Positions 1 to 10,785 of a stretch of DNA of 64,000 nt are shown here, piece after piece (position 1 is the stretch's first letter; the number at the start of each line of letters is the position of its first letter). The DNA comes from Candidatus Eiseniibacteriota bacterium. Its GTDB lineage: Bacteria; Eisenbacteria; RBG-16-71-46; CAVPCR01. The notes under the pieces are model-generated. The model searched no databases and was not told where the DNA came from. It saw only the letters and a program-made list of their open reading frames with translations. Position numbers and translations under genes: made by a program. The stretch covers positions 768,001 to 832,000 of the forward strand of contig CAWGMA010000003.1 in assembly GCA_963823555.1 (NCBI GenBank). Direction: 5' to 3'.

Positions 1-2
1 CC

Positions 3-2138
3 GAACGCTGGCGCACCGGTCTCGCCGCCGATGGCATCGCCGTGGAACGGCTGCGCCGGCTCAGCACCGGACGCACGATTCGCCTCTACACGCCGGGCAG
101 CGATGCCGGGACGCCGATCGATGTCGTGAGCAGCCTGGCGATTCCGGAGCCTCATGTCGTCCAGTCCGAGGAGGCTCTCGCCGAGGCGGTGTCCAGCACC
201 GCCGGCGCGCTCCTCGGCCTTCTCGGGATGGATGCCGATCCACTGACCAGCAAGGAGCACGTCTTCCTCTCGACCGTGCTCGAGAACGCCTGGCGCTCGG
301 GGCGGGGGCTCGATCTGGCGACCCTCATCGGCGAGATCGTGACGCCGTCATTCCCGCGGGTCGGTGTGTTCGAGGTGGATCGCTTCATGCATGCGAAGGA
401 GCGGGAAGAGCTGGCCCTCGGATTGAACGCCCTGGTGGCGGCTCCCGGCTTCGCGCTCTGGCGGCGGGGCGTGCCGCTCGAGGTGCCCGCGCTGCTCGGG
501 GCGGGGGCCGGGGCCGACGGGCGAGCCCCGCTGGCGCTCGTCTATCTGGCGCACCTCGGCGAGCGCGAGCGCATGTTCGCCGCCGCCTCGATCCTGGGCG
601 CGGTCGTGCGCTGGATGCGCGGGCAGGGCGGCAGCGGCGATCTCCGGCTGCTCGTGGTCATGGACGAGATCTTTGGTTTCATGCCGCCTCATCCCCGGAA
701 CCCGCCCGCCAAGGCCCCGCTCCTCACCTTGCTCAAGCAGGCGCGTGCCTTCGGCGTGGGCGTCGTGCTGGCAACCCAGAACCCCGTGGACGCCGACTAC
801 AAGGCGCTGTCGAACGCCGCGACCTGGTTTCTCGGCAGGCTCGCCACCGATCAGGATCGGGAGCGGGTAACCGATGCGCTGCGCGTCGGCGGCGGCGACA
901 GCGGTGTCGAGGCGCTCCTGGCCGGGCTCGCGCCGCGCCACTTCGTGCTCAAGCAGGCAGGACGAACCCCCGTGGTCTTCCGCAGCCGCTTCGCCATGAG
1001 CTACCTGCGAGGTCCGCTCATGCGCTCCGAGCTGTCTCTGCTCACCGCGGCCGGGCTCATCGAGACGGTGCCCACCCAGTCCTCCGCGGCAAACGGCGCT
1101 CAGGCGCAAAAACCGGTGCCGGTCCCCGCGCCGCCCGCTTCCCCGGTGGGGGAGGCCTCCGCCCCGGGCGATGCCGCCTCGCCGGTGGCGCCCGCCTTTC
1201 CGGCGGGCACGCCGGAACGCTTCCTGGCCCCGGGGATGCCGGCGCTCACCGCGGTGGCGGCGGTCCTGCCCGCCGTGGCGCCGGCGCCGGCCGGCGCTCC
1301 GCCCCTTCTCCTTGCGCTCGTCACCGCTCGCGTCGCCCTGCGCTTCGATGAGGCCAGGTTCGACCTCGAACACCGCGTGACCTTCACGACCGCCGGGATC
1401 CCGCGCCCGGATGGAAGCGTGACGTGGATGGATGGACCGCTGGCGATCGACCTGGCGGCCGTTCCGGTCGCGGCTCCCGAGGGAGCTCGCTATCTCGCCG
1501 CGCCGCGGTCGCTCAGCACGGCCAGCGGCATGCGCCGTCTGGCGGTGGACCTCGCGGCGCGTCTCCAGTCGACCGAGACCATCACGCTCTGGCGTCATGT
1601 TTCACTCAAGCTGGTTTCCGCTCCGGGCGAGTCCCGCGAGGCCTTCGCGCTCCGGGTGACCCGGGCTGCCGAGGCGGCGGCCGCCGATGAGCTGGCCGCG
1701 CTCCGCGAGCGCTATGCGGAGCGCATCGAGCGAGTGCAGAAGCAGCTCGACCGCGCCGGCGATCGACACGCGGCCGAGAAGACCGAGCTCGAGGCCCGCA
1801 AGCGGGACGAGGTGCTCGCGGCCGGGGAGTCCGTGCTCGGCTTCCTCTTCGGCCGGCGTTCGGTGGGATCGCTCTCCGCCGCCAGCCGGCGGCGGCGCAT
1901 GACGCAGGGCGCCGAGAGCCAGGAGCGGCGGGCGGCCGGCGAGGTCGGGCGGCTGGAGCAGGAGCTCGAGCAGCTCTCGGCCGAGGTGGAGGACAAGGCC
2001 GCCGAGCTCGAGGCGCGCTACGAGGTGCTGGCGGCGGAGATCGTTCCGATCGAGGTCGGGCTCGAGCGCGATGACGTGCGGATCGAGGAGCTGGGGATTC
2101 TCTGGTGCGCGCTGCTCGGCGAGCCCGCGGTGACCTAG
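3..2138 (+). CDS. HerA/FtsK-superfamily ATP-binding protein (DUF87/DUF853-like) with C-terminal coiled coil, 5'-truncated
   Basis: Frame is open from the window edge (ERWRTGLAADG...). Walker B VVMDE, KQARAFGVGVVLATQNPVD motif, long C-terminal coiled coil. Walker A lies upstream of the window. Confidence 0.8.
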   Translation, partial: ERWRTGLAADGIAVERLRRLSTGRTIRLYTPGSDAGTPIDVVSSLAIPEPHVVQSEEALAEAVSSTAGALLGLLGMDADPLTSKEHVFLSTVLENAWRSGRGLDLATLIGEIVTPSFPRVGVFEVDRFMHAKEREELALGLNALVAAPGFALWRRGVPLEVPALLGAGAGADGRAPLALVYLAHLGERERMFAAASILGAVVRWMRGQGGSGDLRLLVVMDEIFGFMPPHPRNPPAKAPLLTLLKQARAFGVGVVLATQNPVDADYKALSNAATWFLGRLATDQDRERVTDALRVGGGDSGVEALLAGLAPRHFVLKQAGRTPVVFRSRFAMSYLRGPLMRSELSLLTAAGLIETVPTQSSAANGAQAQKPVPVPAPPASPVGEASAPGDAASPVAPAFPAGTPERFLAPGMPALTAVAAVLPAVAPAPAGAPPLLLALVTARVALRFDEARFDLEHRVTFTTAGIPRPDGSVTWMDGPLAIDLAAVPVAAPEGARYLAAPRSLSTASGMRRLAVDLAARLQSTETITLWRHVSLKLVSAPGESREAFALRVTRAAEAAAADELAALRERYAERIERVQKQLDRAGDRHAAEKTELEARKRDEVLAAGESVLGFLFGRRSVGSLSAASRRRRMTQGAESQERRAAGEVGRLEQELEQLSAEVEDKAAELEARYEVLAAEIVPIEVGLERDDVRIEELGILWCALLGEPAVT

Positions 2139-2144
2139 TCGCCC

Positions 2145-3452
2145 TCAGGAGCTCTGCTCGGCGAGGATGAGACGCCCGGGGGGTGCTGGCGGTGAATCCC
2201 CGATCCGGATCGCGGCCATGGCCACGGGAAGCGCCTCCTCGATCGTCGATTCATCGCGGGCACGAAGCTCGCCCAGCTCCGTTCCTGCTTGCACCTCGTC
2301 GCCACGCGCCACATGGAGAAGCAGCCCTGCTCCCGGGTCGATCTCCGCAGCCACGGCGCCGCGGCCGGCCCCGAGGCGGGCAGCGGCATCACCCAGACCG
2401 CGCGCGTCGATCCCGGTCACGAATCCGGCACGCTCGGCTCGCAGATGACGTCTGGCGCGCGGCGCGGCGAGGTGCCTCGGCTCATCGATCACGGCCTGAT
2501 CGCCGCCCTGGGCAGCGATCATGCGGGCCAGGCGTTCGGTCCCGTCGCCGCGGGCCAGGAGCGTCTCCGCCCGCTTCTGCCCGGCCACCGCATCGGAGTC
2601 AATGCCGGCGAGCGCGATCATCTCCCCGGCGATCCGGAGCGAGAGCTCGCGGAGCCGGCCGGTCGCCTCGCCGCGGAGGATCCGGATCGCGTGCTCGACC
2701 TCGACCGCGTTGCCGATGGCCGGTGACAGGGGCTCCTCCATGTCGGTGAAGAGGAAACGCACGGCGAGGCCGAAGCGCCGCGCGACCTCGCCCATGCGCT
2801 CGGCCAGGGCCTCGGCCGCGGCCTGCCGGCGGAGGAAGGTGCCGCCACCGACCTTCACGTCCATCACCAGCCCCCGGGGTGAAACGCAGAGCTTCTTGCC
2901 GAGGATCGAGGCGGTGATGAGCGAGCGGTCCGGCACCGTTCCGGACGCGTCTCGCAGGCGGTAGAGCGCCCGATCGCCCGGGGCGAGATCGGAGCCCGCC
3001 TCGACGATCGCGAGCCCCGCGGTTGTGACCGCGCGGCGGAAGGCAGCCGGGTCGAGATCCACGCGGAAACCGGGAATGGCGGCCAGCTTGTCGAGCGTGC
3101 CTCCGGTGTGTCCGAGCGCACGCCCGGAGAGCATCGGGACCACGACGCCGGCCGCAGCGGCGAGCGGCGCCGCGATCAGACTCACCGTGTCCCCCACGCC
3201 GCCGGTCGAGTGCTTGTCGACGACCGGACCCAGATCGCTGAAGTCGAGGATCTCCCCCGAATGCACGATGGCCCGCGTCAGGGCCGTGCATTCGTCGGTG
3301 TCGAGCCCCTGGAAGTGGATGGCCATGAGGAGGGCCGTGGCCTGGTAGTCGGGGATCGTCCCCCGTGCCACGCCGCGCACGAAGAACTCGATGGCCCGCT
3401 CGTCGAGGGCGGCACCATCGCGCTTCAAGAGGATCAGGTCGAGAGGGCGCAC
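2145..3452 (-). CDS. pdp: Pyrimidine-nucleoside/thymidine phosphorylase
   Basis: DKHSTGGVGD, SGRALGHTGGTLDKL, ASILGKK and DVKVG motifs; 435 aa; GTG start. Confidence 0.93.
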   Translation of the reverse strand: MRPLDLILLKRDGAALDERAIEFFVRGVARGTIPDYQATALLMAIHFQGLDTDECTALTRAIVHSGEILDFSDLGPVVDKHSTGGVGDTVSLIAAPLAAAAGVVVPMLSGRALGHTGGTLDKLAAIPGFRVDLDPAAFRRAVTTAGLAIVEAGSDLAPGDRALYRLRDASGTVPDRSLITASILGKKLCVSPRGLVMDVKVGGGTFLRRQAAAEALAERMGEVARRFGLAVRFLFTDMEEPLSPAIGNAVEVEHAIRILRGEATGRLRELSLRIAGEMIALAGIDSDAVAGQKRAETLLARGDGTERLARMIAAQGGDQAVIDEPRHLAAPRARRHLRAERAGFVTGIDARGLGDAAARLGAGRGAVAAEIDPGAGLLLHVARGDEVQAGTELGELRARDESTIEEALPVAMAAIRIGDSPPAPPGRLILAEQSS

Positions 3453-3467
3453 GACGGCATGAACCTC

Positions 3468-4883
3468 TCAGTCGTTCATGGAGGTGGCGGTGGGGACGAG
3501 GAGTCGCTGCCCGGCCCGTATCTTGTCCGAATCGAGGTTGTTGATCACGAGCAGGGTGTCGACATCGGTCTTGAAGCGCCGCGCGATATGCGTGAGCGTG
3601 TCACCGGACTGGACGCGGTAGATGGCGTGCGTCTCTTCTGTGGTCGCTGCCACTGCCGGCGAGCGCCCCGGTGTGGAGCTGTCGATTTCGAGGGCCATGG
3701 CCAGACCGCGGCCCGCGGGCACGCGGAGCTTGTAGCCGGCCGGGATGGCTCGCTTGCCGCTCGTCACCATGCCGAGCAGGGCTGGGTTCATCTGCGCCAG
3801 CTCACCGGTGGAAACGCCGGCCAGGTCCGCTGCGCGCTTGAAACTCACAGCCTTGGACAGGTCGAGCGTATCGAAGGCGAGAGGCGGGTCGAGCGCTAGC
3901 GGTCCAAAGTGCTGTTCGTGATCCCGTGACACATCGAGCGCCGCCAGGAACTCGGTGTAGAAGTTGCGAGAGGCGAAGCCGAAGGCCCGCCCGTCGTAGT
4001 CGCGGACGATGGCGGCGATGTCGGCGCCGTGAGCCGCGTGTGCGCGGCGCATGCCCTGGAGCCCGTGATTGTAGGCGGTGATGGCGAGCGGCCAGGAGCC
4101 GAACTCCCGGTAGTACTGGCGCAGGGCGACCCCGGCGGCGCGCGTCGCCAAGAGGGGATCGCGCCGTTCGTCCAGGGAGCGATCGATACGCATGTACTGC
4201 CTGCCCGTCGAGCGCGTCCACTGCCAGATCCCGGAGGCGCCGCGATGGGAGAGAGCGCCAGGATCGAAGGACGACTCGACATGGGGGAGGGCGAGCAGCT
4301 CGGCGGGGAGGTCGAGATCGGCCATGATGGCCTGCATGTGCGGCAGATAGGCACCCGAGCGGATGATCCCGGCGCGGAAGCGGTCGGCCTGGCCGACCTG
4401 CGCTCGCACACGATCCTTGGCTGCGGTGAAGAGATCGCTCGTGCCGCGCTTGCCCCAGGCTGCTTGCACGATGAGATCGAGCGGTTCCAGGTCCGTGCGT
4501 TCCGGGTTCTCGGCCAGGCGCTCGAGGGAGGCGACGATGTTCTCGCGGGCGTTCTTGAGGCGCTCGCGCCGCTGAAGGCGTTCCACCTCCGTCGTGTCGG
4601 GCGGCAAGCTCACCACCGTATAGATGATGTCGAGCTTTTCCGAGTCATGGAGGATCGCCTGGGTCGTCGTGTACTTGGCATAGACCTTGGTCCAGAAGGC
4701 GATCTGAGGCTCGAGCGAGGAGGGCCGGGGAAAGAGATCGTCGGCATCGGGAGAGGCGTGAGCGAGGCCGCAAACCAGGCCGGCGAGGCCGAGCGTGACG
4801 CCGAAGATCGCAAGGAGAGCGCGGCGGCCCATGTGAGGAGTTGGTTGATACCCGGTCCGGGTGGCTCTCGTGAGCCGCGGCAT
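3468..4883 (-). CDS. Lytic transglycosylase (MltD-like SLT domain) with C-terminal LysM
   Basis: LPHVESSF (catalytic Glu), GASGIWQ, ITAYNHG; LysM YRVQSGDTLTHIARRF. Start placed at ATG 4883 after GAGGA; N-terminal hydrophobic signal. Confidence 0.9.
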   Translation of the reverse strand: MPRLTRATRTGYQPTPHMGRRALLAIFGVTLGLAGLVCGLAHASPDADDLFPRPSSLEPQIAFWTKVYAKYTTTQAILHDSEKLDIIYTVVSLPPDTTEVERLQRRERLKNARENIVASLERLAENPERTDLEPLDLIVQAAWGKRGTSDLFTAAKDRVRAQVGQADRFRAGIIRSGAYLPHMQAIMADLDLPAELLALPHVESSFDPGALSHRGASGIWQWTRSTGRQYMRIDRSLDERRDPLLATRAAGVALRQYYREFGSWPLAITAYNHGLQGMRRAHAAHGADIAAIVRDYDGRAFGFASRNFYTEFLAALDVSRDHEQHFGPLALDPPLAFDTLDLSKAVSFKRAADLAGVSTGELAQMNPALLGMVTSGKRAIPAGYKLRVPAGRGLAMALEIDSSTPGRSPAVAATTEETHAIYRVQSGDTLTHIARRFKTDVDTLLVINNLDSDKIRAGQRLLVPTATSMND

Positions 4884-5274
4884 GGTGATGGTCCTCGCGT
4901 GCTTCTTGAGGTTCGTCGTCATGCTGAGACGATGTCGATGGACCAGGCTGGTCCATCCGGTTGAAGAATCCCGCGGGGCCGGGTATCTCCATTGTACCGC
5001 GAGAAGGAGCCGCAGCGCCAAGGCCCCCCGACGGCTCGTTCTTGGCGGCCTCGGTCCAGCGCCTGGCCGGCCAACTTCACACAAGCTTCACGCAGCCAGG
5101 ATGATCCCTTGGTGGGCTTGCTCCATGCTGCTTGCGCCGTGCCGTCGAGCACCTCGGCTCCAACGAGTTGGAGGAGCAGCGGCAAGGCGGTTTGCTCTGA
5201 TGCCTGGGGCTGCTGCACGGTGCGGCGGCCCCATTTTGCTTGTCCGGTGCCGCTCTATTGATCCGGGAAACACC

Positions 5275-5303
5275 TTGACCGATTCCGGAGCGGGACGCAC
5301 GAT
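5275..5303 (+). promoter_or_regulatory. Putative sigma70-type promoter of the metal uptake operon
   Basis: TTGACC-17 nt-CACGAT ending 9 nt before ATG 5313. Confidence 0.4.
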
Positions 5304-5312
5304 ACCCAGCGT

Positions 5313-5687
5313 ATGGATCGCATCGGCCATGCCCTGCGCGGTGGTCTTGTCGCCGTCTTTCTCATCCAGGGAGCCTTGCTCACGCCCCTCCACGAGCGGG
5401 CCGAGCTTCCGGCCCCCCGTGCGGCCGGCGACGTTCTCCAGGCAGCCTACGATTCCTCGGCTGCCTGCCCCGATCCCGCTCACCACCAAGCGGGGGGCGC
5501 CCATGATCGTCAGCACTGCCTGACCTGCACCCTGGCCGGGCGCCCTGCCCTGGCTTCGGATGGCATGGTCTACAGCGTGGGATTCGGCGTCACGGCCACT
5601 GCGGTCACGGCGGCCGCCGTGACGCCCCGCTCAGCCCTCCCCCTCGACGAATCTCCCCGCGGACCTCCTTCGAGCTCCCTCGCCTGA
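5313..5687 (+). CDS. DUF2946-like small His/Cys-rich leader protein with C-terminal RGPP motif
   Basis: N-terminal hydrophobic segment ending PLH, His-rich HHQAGGAHDRQH, CxxC (CLTC), C-terminal SPRGPPSSSLA; first gene of a metal-uptake operon. Confidence 0.7.
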   Translation: MDRIGHALRGGLVAVFLIQGALLTPLHERAELPAPRAAGDVLQAAYDSSAACPDPAHHQAGGAHDRQHCLTCTLAGRPALASDGMVYSVGFGVTATAVTAAAVTPRSALPLDESPRGPPSSSLA

Positions 5688-5768
5688 TCCGGCCTCGATC
5701 TGCCGCCGGTTCCAACGCTGCCGTTCTGCCCCCTGCCGGCAGCCTCATGTTGCGAAGGAGGGTTCGAC

Positions 5769-6908
5769 ATGGCCTTTCGCCAGGCTTCATCACACAGGCC
5801 TGGAGCCGCGCTCTTGCTGCTGGTCTGGTTCTCCATCGGCTCCTCTCCCGCAACGGCGGGAGTGGTCAATCCCGATATCTCGGTCATCGGTCAACCTTTC
5901 GCGCGGCTCACCGACGATCCGGAGGATCTCGACCGCGATCGCCTCAGTCTCGCTCCCGGCGAGCTCGAGCTGGTCTTCGAAGCGGCCCTCAACCCTTATG
6001 GAAGGGGGTCGGTCACGCTCTCGGTGGGCGAGGAGGGACTCGGGCTGGAGGAGGGGTTCTTCATTCTCTACCGCGGCTTGCCCGGCCGGCTCGCCCTCAA
6101 GGGGGGACAGTACCGGGTCGGTTTCGGCAAGCTGAACCCGGTGCACCCGCATGCGCTGCCGTTTTCCGAGCGTTTCCGGGTGGCGGGTTACCTCCCCGGC
6201 GAGGAGGCGTTCATCGAGCCCGGGCTCTCGCTCTCCGAGCTCGTGCCACTATGGGGGGATCAGTCGTTCACGTTCACGGCTGACTGGCTCCAGGGCGACA
6301 GCTTCCGCATCGAGCGCGAGCCGACGGATAGCTCCGGCGATCCGCTCGTCGCGCCGGACGGTGACGGCGACCGCGCCGAGGAGACGCGCGCCGCCTTCGC
6401 CGGCCGGGCGAGCTACTTCGCCTCGCTGGGCGATCAGTCGGGCCTCGAGGCCGGCGTCTCGGTCACCCATGGCACCCATAACGTCGCTGCGGGAGCGCGC
6501 ACCACCGTGCTCGGCTTCGACGCCAAGGCGAAGCTCTGGACTTCGGCGAACGCCCATCTCGTCCTCCAGGGCGAAGGATTCCAGCTCTGGCGGGACCAGG
6601 CCGAGTGGGACGAGGCGGGAGGCTACACCGTGACCCCGGTCAGTCCCTTCGGTGGCTACGCCTTCGCCGACATGACCCTGAACCGTCGCTTCAATGCGGG
6701 CGGGGGCTATGAGCGCTACGGCGCCCCGGTTCCCGGAGAGCCGGCCGAGCAAGCGTTGAAGCTCTTCGCCGGGCTCTCTCTGTTCGAGGAAACGACGGCC
6801 TTCCGCTTCGACTGGGATCACTTCTGGCCGGATGAGGGGGCTCAAGTGAACACGTATACGCTACGCATGATCTTCGCCATGGGACCGCACAAGGCGCACC
6901 AGTTCTAG
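5769..6908 (+). CDS. Outer-membrane beta-barrel protein associated with Zn/Mn uptake
   Basis: Signal peptide, NPDISVIG N-terminus, FGKLNPVHPH motif, C-terminal GPHKAHQF with terminal Phe. Confidence 0.75.
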   Translation: MAFRQASSHRPGAALLLLVWFSIGSSPATAGVVNPDISVIGQPFARLTDDPEDLDRDRLSLAPGELELVFEAALNPYGRGSVTLSVGEEGLGLEEGFFILYRGLPGRLALKGGQYRVGFGKLNPVHPHALPFSERFRVAGYLPGEEAFIEPGLSLSELVPLWGDQSFTFTADWLQGDSFRIEREPTDSSGDPLVAPDGDGDRAEETRAAFAGRASYFASLGDQSGLEAGVSVTHGTHNVAAGARTTVLGFDAKAKLWTSANAHLVLQGEGFQLWRDQAEWDEAGGYTVTPVSPFGGYAFADMTLNRRFNAGGGYERYGAPVPGEPAEQALKLFAGLSLFEETTAFRFDWDHFWPDEGAQVNTYTLRMIFAMGPHKAHQF

Positions 6909-6929
6909 GGCGAGCAGGAGCAGAAAAGG

Positions 6930-7847
6930 ATGAACAGGATCACGATCTCGAGAACAGCGCTTCTGATGCTGGCCGCCCTCATCACCGCCCTGGTTCCGGC
7001 ATCCGTTGCCGCCAAGGTTCGCGTGGTCGCTTCGGTCAACGACCTGGGTTCGATCGCGAGCTCGGTCGGGGGCCCGGAGGTGGAGGTGGTGGCGATCGCC
7101 AAGGCGACCCTCGATCCGCATCGCGTCGAGGTGCTGCCCTCCTACATGGTGCGCGTGACCAAGGCCCAGCTCTACCTCAAGGTGGGGCTCGGGCTCGATC
7201 TCTGGGCCGATCAGATCATCGACGGCGCGCGCAACGACCGGCTCCTCGTCATCGACTGCTCGACGAGCGTCGGGGTGCTCGACAAGCCCACGGGGAAGGT
7301 CGATGCCTCGATGGGGGACGTCCACCCGGCGGGCAACCCGCACTACTGGCTCGACCCGCGGAACGGCGGCCTCATTGCGCGGCAGATCGCTCTTGCTCTC
7401 GGGCGCGTCGATCCCGAGCACGCCGAGGACTTCGCCCGCCGGGCCGAGGAGTTCGCGGCGGCGTCCGACGCCGTCGCCGCGCAGGGCGCCGCGCGTGTGG
7501 CCGCGCTTCCCGAGCACACCATCGTCACCTATCACGCCTCGTGGGTGTACCTGGCGAGTGCCCTCGGCCTCGAGATCGTGGGCACGGTCGAGCCCAAGCC
7601 GGGAATCCCGCCCACGGGCCGCCATCTCGATGAGATCCGGCAGCTGATCGCGGAGCGGAAGGTGGCCGTCCTCCTGCAAGAGCCCTACTTCTCGGCCGAG
7701 GCGGGTGAGTACCTTGCCCGCGAGACCGGAGTCCGCGTGGCCAAGATCTCCCCCTCATGCGACAGCCCCGATGCGGGAAGCTACTTCGCTCATTTCGATC
7801 ACATCCTCGATCTCGTGGCGGGCGCCGCGGAAGGAGCTCAGAGATGA
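6930..7847 (+). CDS. Metal ABC transporter substrate-binding protein (ZnuA/TroA family)
   Basis: DPH, GDVHPAGNPHYWLDP, YH and EPKPGIPP motifs; signal peptide. Confidence 0.92.
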   Translation: MNRITISRTALLMLAALITALVPASVAAKVRVVASVNDLGSIASSVGGPEVEVVAIAKATLDPHRVEVLPSYMVRVTKAQLYLKVGLGLDLWADQIIDGARNDRLLVIDCSTSVGVLDKPTGKVDASMGDVHPAGNPHYWLDPRNGGLIARQIALALGRVDPEHAEDFARRAEEFAAASDAVAAQGAARVAALPEHTIVTYHASWVYLASALGLEIVGTVEPKPGIPPTGRHLDEIRQLIAERKVAVLLQEPYFSAEAGEYLARETGVRVAKISPSCDSPDAGSYFAHFDHILDLVAGAAEGAQR

Positions 7848-8737
7848 CCGAAGCGCTGGCATTGCCCTTCTTTCGCATCGCCCTGGTCGCAGCGCTCGTG
7901 CTCGCCGGCATCCATGCCTATCTCGGCTTCCATGTCGTTCGCCGCGGCGTGATCTTCGTCGACCTCGCTCTCGCCCAGATGGCGGCGCTTGGCGTGGCGC
8001 TCGGCGTGCTCCTCGGACTGCACGAGAGCCCGACCTGGTCCTATCTCCTCGCCCTCGGCATGACGCTGGTGGGAGCAGCGTGCTTCGCCTGGTTGCGCGG
8101 TCAGGAGCGACACGTGCCGCTCGAGGCGTTCATCGGCATCGTGTTCGCGACCGCACAGGCGCTCGTCTTTCTCGTCCTCGAGAAGAGCCCGGCCGGGCCG
8201 GAGCATCTGAAGGAGACCCTGGTCGGAACCCTCTACACGGTGGCTCCACAGCACGTGGCCAAGACCGCCGTGCTCTATGCGGGCATCGGCCTCGTGCACA
8301 TCCTCCTCCGGCGTCCGTTCTTCGAGATCACCAATGATCCGCAGGGCGCCCGTGCCCGCGGGCGCAATATCTTCTTCTGGGATTTCATGTTTTACGGACT
8401 GTTCGGTGTCGTGGTGACCTCCTCGGTGCAGATTGCTGGCGTGCTCCTCGTCTTCGGGCTCCTCGTCATCCCGGCGGTCGCGGGACTCATGACCACACCG
8501 AGCGCCTGGCGAGCGCTCCTGGTCGGGTGGAGCTTCGCGTTCGTGGCGGCACTCCTCGGCTTGCTGGGCTCGGTGCGCTTCGATTTCCCGGCGGCGCCGA
8601 GCATCCTCGTCGCCCTGACGGCGCTCCTGTTCGGGCACGGCGTGCTCCTCACCGTGACGCGGCGGCTTCTCCGCGGCTCGGCGCCGGGCGGGCGGCCCCG
8701 GGTGGCGGAGGACATCCCGCGCGCGGTTGGATTATGA
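7844..8737 (+). CDS. Metal ABC transporter permease (ZnuB/ABC-3 family)
   Basis: GFHVVRRGVIFVDLALAQ and GVLLVFGLLVIPA motifs, multiple TM helices; ATGA overlap with the upstream gene. Confidence 0.9.
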   Translation: MTEALALPFFRIALVAALVLAGIHAYLGFHVVRRGVIFVDLALAQMAALGVALGVLLGLHESPTWSYLLALGMTLVGAACFAWLRGQERHVPLEAFIGIVFATAQALVFLVLEKSPAGPEHLKETLVGTLYTVAPQHVAKTAVLYAGIGLVHILLRRPFFEITNDPQGARARGRNIFFWDFMFYGLFGVVVTSSVQIAGVLLVFGLLVIPAVAGLMTTPSAWRALLVGWSFAFVAALLGLLGSVRFDFPAAPSILVALTALLFGHGVLLTVTRRLLRGSAPGGRPRVAEDIPRAVGL

Positions 8738-8749
8738 TGCCGACCATCC

Positions 8750-9534
<785 letters not shown>

Positions 9535-9538
<4 letters not shown>

Positions 9539-10785
9539 GCGCGAGGAAGCAGGGCCTCACGGGTGTCCGCGGCACGGTGCTCGCGCCGCAGCCGGACCGG
9601 AGCCTCGTCTCTTCCGCCGACGGCATCGTCGTCTGGGATGAGGACGGTGTCATCCGGCACGCCGGTCCGTTCGCCGCCGTGAGAGACGAACCGGTCCAGA
9701 TCATCGACACGGGATCGCCCGCCGTCATCGTGCCCGGCTTCGTCGATGCGCACGTGCATCTACCCCAGCTCGCCCTTCGCGGGCGGAATGCTGCGCCTCT
9801 CCTCGAATGGCTGCAGGAGCATGTGTTCGCCGAGGAATCGGCGCTCGCCGAGGGCGAGGCTGCCACCGTGGCTGCAGATCATTTCGAGCGAGCCCTCCTG
9901 GCCTGCGGCACCACGGCTGCCGGGGTCTACGTCACCGTGCACGAGTCGGCAACCCGGATCGCGCTCGAGCGCCTTGGCGTCCGCGGGCTCGTGGGGAAGG
10001 TGCTCATGGACCGTGCGGCCCCGCCGGCGCTGTGCGAGGCGCCGGCGGTGGGGGTCGCTGCCACCGAGCGATTGCTCGCCGCTTTCCCCGATCGGGTCGC
10101 CGTCACACCCCGCTTTGCCGTCGGCTGCACGGCCGAGCTCCTTGCTGCCGCCGGTGATCTGGCGCGGAGGAGCGATGCGCCGATCCTGACTCATCTCGCG
10201 GAGAACGAGCAAGAAACGGCGCTCGTGCGTGAACTATTCAAGGAGCGACGTTCATACACGGATGTCTACGCGGCGGCCGGTCTCCTCACGTCGCGCACGC
10301 TCCTGGCCCATGCCATTCACCTCGATGAGGAGGACTGGCGTGTTCTCGCGCGCGCCGGGTCCGCGGTCATCCACTGCCCGACGGCGAACGAAGCGCTCGC
10401 GAGCGGGCGCATGCCGCTCGAGGCCGTGCGCGCGCACGATGTTCGCTTCGCGCTCGGGACCGATGTCGGCGCCGGCCCGTCGCTATCTCTGTGGCATGTG
10501 ATCGAGGCTTACCTGCGCGTGCACCGGGGCCGCGCCGAGGTCACTCCGGAAGAGGCGCTCTACCGCGCCACGCGCGCCGGCGCCGAGCTCCTGGGCGTGG
10601 CGAGCGGGTTCGGACCGGGGCTCCCCGCGGATCTGGCGGTCTTCCGCCGGCCTGAGGGCGTCGACCGCGGAGCGAGCGGTGGAGAGCTCGTGCGTGCGCT
10701 CGCCGCGGCGACCCGGGAGCAAGTCGAGCCCGAGGCGCGGCTCACGGTCATCGGAGGGCGGGTCGTGCACGAGGCCGCGCTCTAG
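9535..10785 (+). CDS. guaD: Guanine deaminase (amidohydrolase family)
   Basis: PGFVDAHVHLPQ, LLEWL, VTPRFA, THLAEN, AHAIHL, GTDVGAG; TTG start overlapping the GT2 stop. Confidence 0.82.

Noticed and set aside
4923..5270. Riboswitch or ncRNA in the transglycosylase/metal-operon gap
   Set aside because: Hairpins are present (e.g. CTCCAAC-GA-GTTGGAG), but I could not match them to a known family by eye; an Infernal/Rfam scan is needed.
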